A stretch of 61,824 nt of DNA, filler included, from Rhabdomonas costata (Eukaryota): assembly GCA_019059605.1 (NCBI GenBank). It is 27 parts of 27 records of this genome, joined end to end, with 100 filler letters (N's around TTAATTAATTAA, not from the genome) between each part and the next. Parts side by side here need not be neighbours in the genome. Positions count along the whole stretch, not along the records: positions 22,958 to 25,152 come from JAHMHO010004934.1; positions 25,253 to 27,446 come from JAHMHO010004935.1; positions 27,547 to 29,740 come from JAHMHO010004936.1; positions 29,841 to 32,034 come from JAHMHO010004937.1; positions 32,135 to 34,328 come from JAHMHO010004938.1; positions 34,429 to 36,622 come from JAHMHO010004939.1; 21 more parts are not named here. One strand, 5' to 3'. This document shows positions 22,991-35,371 of this stretch, piece by piece; within the stretch, counting starts at the first letter, position 1; every line of letters begins with the position of its first letter. The notes under the pieces were generated by a model. The model did no database searches. It was not told the DNA's origin and saw only the letters and a list, made by a program, of their open reading frames with translations. A program made the position numbers and the translations under genes.

Positions 22991-24922
22991 TGGGCGAGGA
23001 TGTACAGCTCGTCGTGGCGGTATACCCAGGTGTCTACCGGGGGGGCAGTGAAGATGTAGCTGGAGGGCACCCCCGGCATCTCCTGAGGAGTAGGGGTAAT
23101 GCAACCGGATGGCAACCCGCAGAGCAGGCGCACTTTCCTTCATGGGGAGGACTTCTTTGTGGTGCGGTGGTCGCGATTGCAGCCTTTCTCGCGAGTACTT
23201 CAACAACGAAAGACCCTAAACTGCGAAAAGAAACGATATGCGAACAAAACCCAAAGTGCAAACAGCAAACGGAGGTAAACAGTAAATCCCATCTGTGGCG
23301 GTATTCTTTGTGCCATCCGGGAGCGCGAGGGCATCTTGCCACCCACGTAGTGTGCTCTCTGAAGCAATTCGAAGAGCACCTTCTCATCATTCGCACACCT
23401 CAACCTCCAGAATGCACTGAATAGAATCAGGGGGCAAGGCAAGCAGCAACCTGGTGGGCCCACGCGGTGGGGTGGCGGAGAAGGCCGATGGAGATCCAGT
23501 TGTACTCCTGCAGCAGCCGTAGAAACAGCAGGCCAAAGCTGACCCGGGTGTCCGTGGCGAAGAGCTTCTCCGGCACAGGTACCAGGAAGAGGTGGGAGGA
23601 GCTCGCCCCGCTGTCTGCCCGTCATGTGCCCGAGCACACACGCAGAGATGACATGGTAGTTAGATGGAGTGCACGTGTGTGGTGAACATTGCGATCACGG
23701 AACGTGGAAATATGGCATCTGTGGAGCTGTTGAAAAGAAGGCGGATCGGAACATCCATCAAAAAGGGACTTCCATTTTTGGGCAAGAGATGGAGGTCGTT
23801 GTCCTTGGGCTGTATTCACGTCTCCTTTCTTTGGTGTAAGAAAACGGAAATTGCGATGGCAGATAATTGTTCCAGGAATCGCTCAAACACACAGGCCGGG
23901 GAAAGGTCAAAGTAGGGTCAAAATGGGGGCAGAGAAAGTACGTGTGAAATTAGAGACAGAACATCACAATCACAACGAAAAAGAGACGGGCGCCAAAGAA
24001 CAGGAAAAAAAAACGCAAAAAAAAATGCACCGCAAAGAAAACGGAAAAAAACATTAACCAAACCACCTGCCGAGTTATCAACGCCGAAGTGCGGGAACAT
24101 GGCTGTGGGAAGAAGATGGAAAGATGGAGGGGCGGGGGGAGAAGGAGATGAGCACCATCGCTGAGAAAGGTGGGTCCACAGAACATGGCTTCGATCATCT
24201 CCACCAGGGAGGGGCTGAAGAACAGCATGCACAGCAGCTGGTCGTACAGCGTCTCCGAAAGCACCCGCCCGGAGGCCACCCAGGGGTCCAGGCACTCCGT
24301 CATGATCGGCACGTCCAGGTTCCGCGAGGCCGCCCGCGAGAGCAGGGAAACACTCATCCTGTGGCCACATACATACACACAAACACACACAAACACACAC
24401 AAACACACACACACACACACACAGAGTTGGGTGTAAAGGGCGAACATTGGTACGGATACTGTCAGGCACCGAAGTCGGCTCGAATCCATATCACGGTCTA
24501 CAACGCTGGTCTCGATGAGGCGTAAGGGTGAAAGCAACTCTGGCCCCACACCAATCAGGATTTCCCCGGTGAAACATGGGGGCCAGCAGGTCCCTGGTTC
24601 GGGACCGAAGCTGCCTTACCGGATGGTCTCTCTCTCATACACGCACGCACACACCTGGCATACCCCCCCACACACACCGCACGCACAAGCACACACATAG
24701 CTACCACACATGGATTTTCCACCAACAAAAAAATTCGAAGCATCATCCCCAGCTGACTCCGTGATGCGGATGACGCCAAGTGAACCCAGAAGTCTGTCTG
24801 ATAGGTCGGACCCCATTTACCAGAGCACGAACACACCCCCGAGACTCCCGTGGGCCGCTCTCCATGAAGCGGGCGTTCTCCCAGTTCTCCAGCACCACCA
24901 CCAGCTGCGCAGGGAGGTTGCT
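22991..24922 (-). CDS. Slo/BK-family K+ channel, cytosolic RCK2 region, partial
   Basis: Exons encode LVVVLENWENARFM, PWVASGRVLSETLYDQLLCMLFFSPSLVEMIEAMFCG, VSFGLLFLRLLQEYNWISIGLLR and YIFTAPPVDTWVYRHDELYILA, in the Slo C-terminal motif order. Confidence 0.8.
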
Positions 24923-25569
24923 CTGACCAAAGAAAATGAAATGAAAGAAACGAAAAATCATGAAAGTGAGACAGCCATCAAAGGACAACGCCGCAGACAC
25001 GTTCTGTCGTCTTCGAGTCTGTTCCCAACTTGCCCCTTCGCTAATCGGCCGGCGCGCGCGTCGATTTCAACAGCTCACATCCATGTTGAGAACTATGGAA
25101 TGCACACGAACGACATTATTTGCGGGAAGAGCATCCCTGAAGGTAGCAAGTGNNNNNNNNNNNNNNNNNNNNNNNNNNNNNNNNNNNNNNNNNNNNTTAA
25201 TTAATTAANNNNNNNNNNNNNNNNNNNNNNNNNNNNNNNNNNNNNNNNNNNNCTTTTATGTAGTCATGTGTATAGTTGTCGCCGTGTCTGCTACAGTGAG
25301 TGGGTTGGGTGACTCTGTGGCCTGTTTTGGGAAAGGAGTTCTCGAGCTCCTCAGCCTCACCCTGCTGAGGGCTTCAGGTCAGACCCCATCGCTGTCTGTG
25401 CTGGCGCAGGCCTTCCCCGTCCACTTCCTCTTCTATGGTTTCCTTCTACCATGTGCTCGTTCTGTCTCTCTCTCTCTCCAAATTTTTAGGAGGAGTGGAA
25501 GAGTAACAACCACTCTAAAAAGACACAGCCAGAGCTCCAGCGAAAGCGTAGGTTTATCGTTCCGGCTCT

Positions 25570-25622
25570 GAGCTGGCTTTCGCTTTCCTTTCCTTCCACT
25601 CGTGAAGATGAAACAAGCAAGA
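25570..25622. repeat. Dispersed ~50-nt repeat, copy 1 (also at 45951-46002 and 46140-46193)
   Basis: GAGCTGGCTTTCGCTTTCCTT(TC/CA)CTTCCACTCGTGAAGA..AAGCAAGA is shared between two unrelated contigs. Confidence 0.85.
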
Positions 25623-27578
25623 AAAAACTTGTCAAAGGCCTTATCTGCGCTCACAAGCAACAGTGCGCCGACACTCGTATAGTCACACACTCACGGTTAG
25701 ACTGAAAGGTGAGCTGTCAAGGTTTGGGGGTGTGGAGCGAGCAGCTGTATCGTGGGAGTCCGTGCCTGTCGGGGTGAGAAGAGTATTTTTCCAGTTGGCC
25801 ATATTTGCATCGCTCATCATGACTTGCTTGTTCCTTGGTTGTTCCACTCCCTAAATGTTAGAGTGCTCATAGCTTGCTTTTCAAAATATGATGAAAAGGA
25901 GAGCGGCTGTTGTTCGAATGGTAGTATCCCGACCCTTCCCTCTTCTGCGTGCGCAGAGTTTCTAAGAGATGTTCAGCTGGTTTTTGCTTCCGCCCCGCGG
26001 GGGGATGGGAGCGGCGAGGTGACCGTTGCTCTGCGTGAGCTCTGCGAGACCAACGTCTGCCGCCCTTTGTACGTGTTTGTGTGTTATGATTGGGTCGGAG
26101 TTGCCTAGAAGCTCGTTTTAATGCGCCATTGATTCGCCCTTCGAGAAGCGGCCAAGAAGCGGGAGAGTATCTGAAGGCCTGCAGGAGGCAGAAAAGAGGT
26201 GCACCAAAACCATGCCTTGTGCACGAATTGTGTGTGTGGAACTTTGTCAGAGTTTTTTAAGGCTCCGTGATGCTGTTGGTCCCGAGGGAAACACCGACCC
26301 TGCGGAACAGTGAAAGTAGCGAGAGGCAGTGGACGGAGAAGGTGATGAGGTCGGGGAGCCTTGTAAGGGAAGAGCAAAGCAAGTCTTCCCCAGAATACAG
26401 TTCCCTTCGCCAAGGGCGCAAAGTGGTTGTGAACGTGTGTGTACGGGAATATTGCCCACGTGCTGCAGAGCATCTTTAGAGGCTGTTAAGGATGATTACA
26501 TGGGGGGAAAGAAAAGTTGCCAATGACAGGTTGCACTCACACCTCAGCATCAAACTGCACACAGTTTTGTGTGGAATAGCAGCCTGGCTACCTGGGGCCA
26601 GTATTATGTCAACTGGATTGCCTTGAGAGAGAGAGAGCTGTGGAACGTGTGATGTGTGGCTAGCGCCGATAAATAGTGCCCAACTTATGTTCCATGCTGC
26701 GCATGGATGTTACTGCGGACGATGGTGCGGTCGATGTTAGAACGGTTTCGGCAAGATGCGTGTAGTGTCTGCATGTTATCGAAACCTGATGTCCTTTGTC
26801 TCACCTTAGAGAACGCCCGATTTTCACCAGTGTGGTAGCATTGCTGCGCCACATCCATTAGTTTGGCGTGCTTTTGCCACAGCTATCCCCCCAAGTCAGT
26901 TAGTGGCGTTGTGCTGGAGCAAGCAGCATCCCAGGCGGAGGTCACCTTCGAAGCCTTTGCAGCCAATCTCTACAGGTGCGGCACTCAAGAAGAGTGTTGT
27001 GCATCAGTGGTTAAGGGGTTGAGGACTGGTGGTATGGCTGGGGTCTGCCCGGTCGTTGAGAGGTTGTGTGGTGATAGCTTTAACACACCCCACCTTTGGG
27101 CGACCGAGCTGAAGAGCTGAATGGTGTCCGTCTCACAGCAGAGAAAGCAGCAGAATTCAGAAGTGCGCAGAATTATCTGGCGTTAAACGTTTGTGAACTC
27201 GAAATCTACTCAACTTCGGCTGCAAGGAAAGTGAATATGCGACTTCGTTATCCTGCGACCACGCTGGTTTCTAGTTTATAGGTGAACATGTCCAGTGGCT
27301 ATGTGACTCCTATGGCACTGTCTGTTCTTTCTTCAGCTGCCGTGCGGCGAGTAACCATATCAGTGCTGTTGTGAGTGGTGGTGCCATTCTCCGCCGGACG
27401 TAGTGGGCTACTTTTCCGCTGTTGCCTTCGGAACGGCCCAACAACCNNNNNNNNNNNNNNNNNNNNNNNNNNNNNNNNNNNNNNNNNNNNTTAATTAATT
27501 AANNNNNNNNNNNNNNNNNNNNNNNNNNNNNNNNNNNNNNNNNNNNTTTTTGTTTTCAAACGGATCAAAGTAGCCTAC

Positions 27579-29560
27579 CTCGTCCTTCCGCACAGCCTCG
27601 GCGGCCTGCAATACCGTCAACTCCTTCTCCCCGGACGAACTGAGCATCTTTGCCCGCCACGGAAGGCTGGAATCCTCTTCTGCGGTTGCGGGGGTGGCAG
27701 TGGCGGTCGACTCCTGTGGAACGCTGGGCAGGGACAGGGAAGGCGTGGCGGAGGGGGTGCCCGGAGGCGACAGGGAAGCAGCGCGGGTGAACTCCTCCGC
27801 GCCTGTCTTGTACCGGGCCAGCTGCTTGTGCAGGGCACGGGCTTGGAGCATCACTGAAGCCTCCAGAGCTCTCAATTGCGGGGGCATGGCCTGCACCCCA
27901 AGCGAAGCATGTGATGTCTCTCGCTCGTTAGCGTGCCTTGCTCTTGCTGAGTATGTGTGTGTGGAGCAAACTCTCTTCTGCTCTGCTGCTCCCTGGAGCA
28001 GCTCTCGTCACGTCAGCTACACACAGCCACGCTATTTCGCTTCAAAAAAATGTGGAAAGGCGTGCTTAACAGGATAGAGCCTAGGTCGCAAATTTCGAAG
28101 CGAGCTTTAAACGAGTGGGGCGGGATGAAAGACGTCATAGAAGAGATAATAGGCAGGAGGGGAGCAAGGGAAAATAGCGACAAAGGATGTGCCCCACACG
28201 TTCAAATAGTTGCGCCGTTTTGAGGCCGCTGGCGAAGGATGAGGCTCCACTTCTCCGCCCACGGGGCCCATGGCCGCGAGAAGGGAGGGGAAGTCTGCGG
28301 CTAGGATGCCCTCCTTCCTCAGAAGTGCGTCGAGGCGATTCAAAACCAGCTTCCATTCCTCCAGGAGGATCTGAGATACAGAGCGTGCAGGGGTAACCAG
28401 CGAGAGAAAGCAGATAAAAGCTACCCGAACCTCAACAAAGGTAGGAACGCACCTTTTTGCGCCCAAACAATTTATCGGTAGTCTTGGTCCACCAGTCCGT
28501 CAAATGTCTTTCGGTGGTGCCACCAGTCCTGACGGAGGGGTCCTCCGAGGTAGTCAGAGGGCAGGTTTCCAGCAGGGCAAGGGCGGCCTCCTTGGGAAAC
28601 AAAACGATAAAGAGATTATACTATCTGCTGGTAACAGGCATTCATAAACGGCTGTAGCGCGATAATAACAATGTCGAGAATTGGAAACACCTGTGACTAT
28701 CAAGTGTGAGAGGGCTAAGCCGAAGCAGGCCTGGGGTCTTTTGTGCATACAGCTGTGACTATGAATTCCTTTTTCTCCGCCACGAGCTTTGCTATTGTGC
28801 TTTGGTTTTTGTGCTGCGAACAGGCCCATGCTTTTATTCTGACCAAAAAAATACCAGAATTTTTTTCCCGATTTTTTTTCCAAAAGCTTCCAAAGCGTTT
28901 TCAATTACACCCACGGCAAGGAGAAAGCAAAAAGGAACAATATAGTAGTTTGAAGTTGCTGGAAGCAAAAGAATCCACGTCAGGAGGATGCGCAGACACC
29001 TGATTCTAAAAAAACAGGCTGTCGCGACCACTGACACGAAAAAGACACGGGGTGCGAAAGACAGGTGCCCGAAAAAGTGCTCCCCGTGGTGTTTCGCGTG
29101 GTACTATCCTATATTTTCGCATTCAGCATATACTTCCTGAAGAAATGGGCACTTCGCAACGTTTTTCCACCTCAACCGGAGCACGGCATACTGGAACAAA
29201 ATACCTTCGTTAGGTATCTCCAGAAGGCCAGACTCGGCATTTTTACAACCTTCTTCTTCTTCTTCTTCTTCTGTTTTTTTTTGTCTTTTGCAGCTTCTAC
29301 GGGGCCGTGCAGATCTGAAACGTTGGATGCATAGGGAAGAATGAATCCTTGGGAAGTGGGGCGCTGCGGGGAGTGGGAGACGCCTGTATTTGGCGGAACA
29401 AAAAAGGTCAAGCAAGCGATCAAGCACACCTGGCTACGGAGCTCTTTCTCGTGTTGCTCCAGGGGACTCAGGGCTTTCTCTACATCGCTGCTTATGCTGA
29501 CAGGAGCAGTCTCAGGAGCCAGGGGAGATGCAACAGACGCGCCCGGTGATTGCGCTGGAT
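27579..29560 (-). CDS. Hypothetical multi-exon protein fragment
   Basis: Several GT-AG bounded GC-rich exons (SPLEQHEKELRSQ|gt; ILLEEWKLVLNRLDALLRKEG; LRALEASVMLQARALHKQLARYK...AVRKDE|gt); no family recognised. Confidence 0.5.
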
Positions 29561-29889
29561 CTGCAAACAAAGCACCGGCCTTCTCAGCATACTAAAAGAG
29601 CAGCGATAGTTCATTTCGTTCTCCGTGCTTGTTTGGCAATGTTGTTCCCTGAGTCTGAGCAGAGTGAGAGCCACTTTGAGGATCGGGCAAAACAAACATA
29701 AGAAGCAAGCAAATATACGTTCTGATTGCAAGACCATCAANNNNNNNNNNNNNNNNNNNNNNNNNNNNNNNNNNNNNNNNNNNNTTAATTAATTAANNNN
29801 NNNNNNNNNNNNNNNNNNNNNNNNNNNNNNNNNNNNNNNNGAACAGGCGCTCCAAGCGGTTGTGGGTGAGGGCCATTCAGATTTCTATT

Positions 29890-30870
29890 TGTCCCGACTG
29901 CTACGGGACAATCACTACAAGCTCACTGGGGTCAAGATGAATTTGAAGGACATCGCGATATCTGCGGCTCCTCGGTGACTCAATCGGTTTTTGCTTGACA
30001 AGGGTATCGTATCGTGAAATGACCCTCCAAGCTCAACTGCGACAAACAGGACTGGAAGTTGGTTGAGTACAGGGGGAAACCAATTTTCCGTTGCTCCAAC
30101 CACCATTGTAAACGTCGGCTCGCCTGCAGTTATTGGGGGCCCATGGTGAAGCTGAAGATAGACCTCAACACCTGGTTCAAGGCCGTGTACATGTGGGAGG
30201 CCAACGTCCCTTTTATATCCATTCAGACGATGCTCGGCATCAACCCCAGGACTCTATCTCGCTTGATCACCATCCTCTCCCAAGCCGTGAAGAAGAACGT
30301 GGACAACAACCCACCTACAATTGGCGGCCCCGGTACTGAAGTTGAATGCGACGAGGCGCAGATTGGAAGAAAGCGCAAAGGTTTGCGAGTATTGATGTCC
30401 GTCTAATGGGGTTAGGTAAACCTGCCTCCTTGTTTATATGCTTTTGTCAGGCAACTTCGGCTAGGACAGCAACATTCTGATGGATATTTGGGGATGCTGG
30501 GACCGCTCCTCTGGCCTACTGTACGCCGGGCCTTTTGAAAACTTCATCCTGATGGATCACATAGACCAGGACCAGCAGCTGCTGACGAAGTCAAACCCTT
30601 GGTGTCGAAGCACTTTCTACCGGGAGGCCTTCTATGCACCGACTCCCTCATGGAATACAGGAACGCTTTGGCCACAATGGGGTTCCAGCGCAAGGCAGTG
30701 AAGCACAGCACTGGGCAGTACGTCCATGAGAATGACCCTCGCGTTCACACTAATGGCGTGGTTGCAACCTGGGGAAGGCTTAAAAACCGCTTGCGTGCTT
30801 TGTTGGGGGTGAAAAAGGAGCGCCTTCCTCAGCATTTGGCCTTGTTTATTTGGCGCCACAACACAAACGT
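29890..30870 (+). mobile_element. Degenerate Merlin / IS1595 (ISXO2-like) DDE transposase with a spliceosomal intron (30381-30450)
   Basis: FRCSNHHC zinc-finger half, IGGPGTEVECDEAQIGRKRK, DIWGCWDR, LPGGLLCTD, VKHSTGQYV, VHTNGVVATWGRLK, HLALFIWR; in-frame TAG at 30462-30464 and a 1-nt frameshift near 30540. Confidence 0.88.
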
Positions 30871-31365
30871 TCGGCGTCTGTGTGTCTTTGATCCTCAAGA
30901 TTTTCGCGGGCTCTGGTTGACAGTTTTTCTCTTCTTCTGTGGCTTTTGTCGCAGATGTGCAGGGATTCAGGCCATCATGAGCCATCAGAGATTAGTAAAA
31001 CACAGGTCTTTCTTTCATATGGCCCGTGTCACCTCATGAGTAAGAGGTAACAGTACAGGGTCCGAAATCAGCTTGAAAAACCACAACTGATGTGCATTGG
31101 AACCCAGCTTTTTCATCAGCCTTCTTAGCTCTACGACCCAAAACGCCCGACTTTTGCATTTTTTGTATGTTCTGAGTTTTTGAGGTGAAGCGGACAGAAT
31201 AAATACCAACATCATCACGAGAAGTGTCGGCTAACACATTTTTAAGTTTCGGAAAAGAAAAGTTACGATTCTTCCTCTCATTGCTGTTCTGAGGTCCTTT
31301 GCTTGAGCCATCATACCAAGTGGGAGAATGACGGGAGGTTTGCGCAACGCCACGACCTGTGTGCC

Positions 31366-32034
31366 CAGTCAGCTCATACAGGAGTCCAAAGAGTTGCTTC
31401 TCAGCCTGTTTCCGGGAGCACTCATCGAGAATCTTTTTGGAGCCCAGCAGCCTGCTTTCGGACGGGCTGGCCTTCGTGGCACGCACCTGGAAGCATACAA
31501 GGAACGTGTTTCAATTAGCAGGAAAACTAATGCGTGCATCCTCCACAAGGGCACCATAAAAACTGTCGCATGCAGAGAGACCAGAACCTAAGTATTCATC
31601 ACAGGACCAGAGCGTTCCGGTGTATCCTTTCACCATGAAACTGCGAAGACAACACGCCGGAATTCATAAGCGATCACACATGACGTGCCGCAGACCTTCT
31701 CGGGATCGAACAGATGCCGAAAGCCAGTTCCTCTTAGCTGCTGCTCATCCTGCAACACAAAAACAGCATCAAAATTTATTGGTATGGTGTCACGCACCCT
31801 TTCAACATCTTGCATCTCTATGATATCTATGACAGATGCAACCGCGAAGCTGAACCAACTGACAACACCGAGGAAGGTTCTCCTTCTGACAAGGGAAGTG
31901 CTAGAGCCCCACGCGCCTGAATTCGCATGCTCAGGGCGTACAGGCAGTTCCTCAAGCGGGAATTCTCCGAGAGGAGTCTGTGGTGTTCCGCCCGCAGCTG
32001 GGCACACTGGTTGGCGGCAGCCTCCCACACAAAC
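31366..32034 (-). CDS. Hypothetical coiled-coil protein fragment
   Basis: Exon-like blocks QCAQLRAEHHRLLSENSRLRNCL, DIIEMQDVERV...FDPEK|gt and cag|VRATKASPSES...YELTGHT G|gt. Confidence 0.45.
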
Positions 32035-32789
32035 NNNNNNNNNNNNNNNNNNNNNNNNNNNNNNNNNNNNNNNNNNNNTTAATTAATTAANNNNNNNNNN
32101 NNNNNNNNNNNNNNNNNNNNNNNNNNNNNNNNNNAGCAGCAGCAGCAGCAGAGGAAGTGAAAGTAAGTGAGGTGAAAGGGGTGAACTGTGAGTTGAGCAG
32201 CTGAATGATCTGATGCCTTACTGGAGTGACTGGCGTTTCGACCCTGGCGGAGTGGTTGGGTCATCATCAGCAAAGCATCGTCTCCGCCTGCCTTGGACGC
32301 TCTTCCTCGGGTTCTTTGCGACTGTGGGGTGGAGGTCGACTTTTTGTCTTCGCATCTGAATCGGAGGATGGGTCTGGGTGTGCGAGGTTTGGGATGACAT
32401 GATGATGGTTGACTGGGGCTGCGGTGTTGAGGTGGGGGGTTATGTGCGAGACTATGTGAGAGAGGCAAGCGAGTCTTAGGAGAGGCAGCAGAGGAAGTGA
32501 GAGCGAGAAGACCGGTGCTGTGAGTGGGGCCTTCTGAATAGAGTCCATTTTTATGGGTGGGTGGGTGTTTGTCTTCTTTCCTTTCCTTGCAATAGTGCTC
32601 TGCTCCCCTGTTCAGTCCCCCAATTTCCCAGTCTGTCCGACAGCTTCTCTGCTTTTCCTGCAAATTTTTGCCTTTTCTACAACAAACAAGATTGACGTGA
32701 TGTGTTGCTTTGCCATGGGGAGCTGTCGCATAAATTGTCAATTACAAACACACATGCGCACAAGTGGGGGGGGGGGGGGGTGAGCGCAC

Positions 32790-34072
32790 TGTTCTGCGCG
32801 AAGATCTCCTCGGGGTAATTGTAGATCAGCTGGCGGTTGATGAAGCAGTTGACACCGTGGCCGACGATCTTCATGCACTTCTTGCGCATCTTCTCCTTCT
32901 CAGCCTGCTCGATCTGCGCCAGCTTGGCAATGGAGTCCACTCGCACCCGCGCCCCAAAGATCTGAAGAACCCAGCACCGGGAAAAGTACGGGTGCCGCAC
33001 AACAAAAACACGCCTGGTGCACACCAAAATCGCACCAAAATCGCACGAATCTTGCGTTCTTGGCAATAAATCGCTCCAGCGCTTAGAAACCCCCCTACCT
33101 TGATCTTGTCAGTATCCATCGGGGTGTTGGCGACCAGGATTTTGGCCTTCTCGATCCTTTTGGGCTGACCAAGACCAATCTTCTTGTCCAGCAGGTAGCC
33201 GTCCGCCAAGAAGCTGTCCCGGATGCTCCCTCCCAGCTGGCATTGGGAGAGGGAAGGGTGCTTTTCCAGGATTGGCTCAGCGTACGTTCTTATCTCACAT
33301 CGCTTTCACTTATAACTGCACTTCACGGAAAGAATGACCGCACAGACGAGACGGCGTGCCAAGTGTACGCAGTGAAACAACAGAGAAAACAAGTGAGTCA
33401 CAGCAAAAGTGAGAAAGCACGGCAGCAAATGTTGACATAATAATTTAATTTGCAAACTTAAAGGGAAAAACAGGGGGGAGAGGGCAACGAGGGACTCCAT
33501 TGCAGGGAGGCAGCAAGATCAGTTCCCCGTAATCAAAGAATGCTCCCCTTCCCGCCTCTCCTTTTTTCATTTGATTCGTATTTTTTGTGCGAGGGTTTAT
33601 GGTTTTCATCAGAAAATCAGTAAGCGATACAAAACAGCAAGCATGCCATGAAAGGAATAAAATGAAAATACCCGCGACCAGCCAAGCCCAAGACTTCAGA
33701 ACAACAGAAGAACCTTTTCAGAACAAAAAACCAAAAGCATACCTTCTTGATGATTGTGATGGACTGAAGGTTGGTCGAGCCCTTCAGCCGAAGCACAGCA
33801 TCCACGGCGAGGCGGGCGAAGTGGTCGACGTCCACGTTGACCGCCTTTACCCCCACCCAAAAAAAATTGGGGGGGGGGGCAAGTTGGCCGAGTTTTATTG
33901 AATGGTCTTACAGGTTTACCATCTATCTTCCTGCAAAACTCTCAGAGAGGAGTTAGTGGGGGTGCTTGTCATAAATGCAGCGGCAGACTTTCGAGCACAG
34001 CGTGGTCCTCGCGATTCTAAAGAGGTCCTCCCGGAACATGGCCTCATCCTTCCCGTGGTCCACGGCGCTCGC
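32790..34072 (-). CDS. CCT2: T-complex protein 1 subunit beta (CCT-beta), partial (exons 34072-33989, 33844-33743, 33236-33099, 32961-32790)
   Basis: [112 protein letters not shown]; all junctions GT-AG and in phase. Confidence 0.97.
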
Positions 34073-34428
34073 CTGAAAGAGGGTGTGTGGGTGTGGGTGT
34101 GGGTGGTCAGTTCAATTGGTTTAAAACTCGATATACAGCAATACTTCACGCCACGGCAGCCATAAATGATGCAACGGCACAAACAAACAAACGTAGGAAC
34201 ATGCGGGGGGAGCTCTCCAGCTTTCTCAAGTGGGCAGGCTCACCGCTGACAATCACCATTTGCATCCGTTCAACTTCAAATCCGGCCGGGGCGGCGGTAC
34301 CCGCCCCGCTGGCGGTACACACCACCACNNNNNNNNNNNNNNNNNNNNNNNNNNNNNNNNNNNNNNNNNNNNTTAATTAATTAANNNNNNNNNNNNNNNN
34401 NNNNNNNNNNNNNNNNNNNNNNNNNNNN

Positions 34429-35371
34429 GGTGTGGTGGAGCTCTCCGGGGGAAGCTATGAGTCCCCTGTAATGTTGGGGTATGTGCATTTTTGGCAGCTC
34501 ACTTTGGTTCTCCTTCCCACTCGATTTGTGTGAGGTACGCCAGGGCTTGGCCCGTTGCATTCTGGGTGTCACGTCGCGTCTCGCAACTGTTGTACCACCG
34601 TTCAAGTAGCGTGCATGCGTTTTGGTTTCCCTCTTTCTCTCGTCCAGGTCCTTTTCCCCATCATCTTCGGGGTTGCAGCAGAAGGCGGGACCGAAGCACT
34701 GCCAACTGACAAAATTGAAAAAGCAAAGTCATCCGTAGCGCAACTTCAGCCTCAATAGTTTTCTGACCCAGCTGCGTAACATCTGATTTAGGCCTTCATG
34801 GACGAAGCCCAGTAAGGTGGAGGCCTACTTCCTGTCCCAGGCGATCGAGATCCGCAAGGTGCTCTCCAAGACGGCTCTGATGCTCACCGGGGGCTTCCGC
34901 TCCCGCTCCGCCATGGAAGAGGCCCTGGACCACCACATCGACTTCATTGGTTTAGGCCGGCCTCTGTGCGCCGCCTCGGACTGCGTGTCACAGCTTCTGA
35001 GTGGCAGGATCTCCGTGCTGCCTGCGTTTGAGAACACCCTGCGGGTTGGGGTGCCCCCGCTGCACTCTCTGCTGAGGCTCTTCCGCGTGGGGCGGTTCGT
35101 GATCATCGTAACCCTGCAGGGGTGGTACTACATCAACGAGGTTCGGATGGGACACGGGAAGGAGCCCGATCTGGGGTTGCCCTGCCTCAGGGCCTTGGTG
35201 CAGAACGAGAGGATGGAGGCCAGGCAGGCCTCCGAGCTGGTTGGGGTTGAATGCGTGGGGCGGTTTCACGGCAACCCCCCGCCCGACGGCAGGAGGGGCG
35301 CTGTCGTGGCCGTGGCCTGTGCTGTGGTCACGGGGCTCGCATTGTCGTGCGTGTGGAGGGTTGCTCACTGA
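34429..35371 (+). CDS. NADH:flavin oxidoreductase / Old Yellow Enzyme family, 3' part (exons ..34429-34478, 34792-35371) with a C-terminal hydrophobic tail
   Basis: VELSGGSYESPVMLG|...EAYFLSQAIEIRK...LMLTGGFRSRSAMEEAL..IDFIGLGRPL; GG|G phase-2 junction is consistent. Confidence 0.88.

Noticed and set aside
25957-27281. Possible coding exons on the plus strand
   Set aside because: Exon-like GC-rich patches exist, but I could not phase them or recognise a family, so I did not call a gene.
30462-30464. Stop-codon reassignment or readthrough suggested by the in-frame TAG
   Set aside because: It occurs in a transposase that also has a frameshift and a lost catalytic residue; the conserved genes (CCT2, acnB, cyclase) show no in-frame stops.
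32790-34072. Nonconventional (non-GT-AG) euglenid introns in conserved genes
   Set aside because: Every junction I could fix by homology in CCT2, acnB, NTT, the cyclases and Sec7 resolves as GT-AG.
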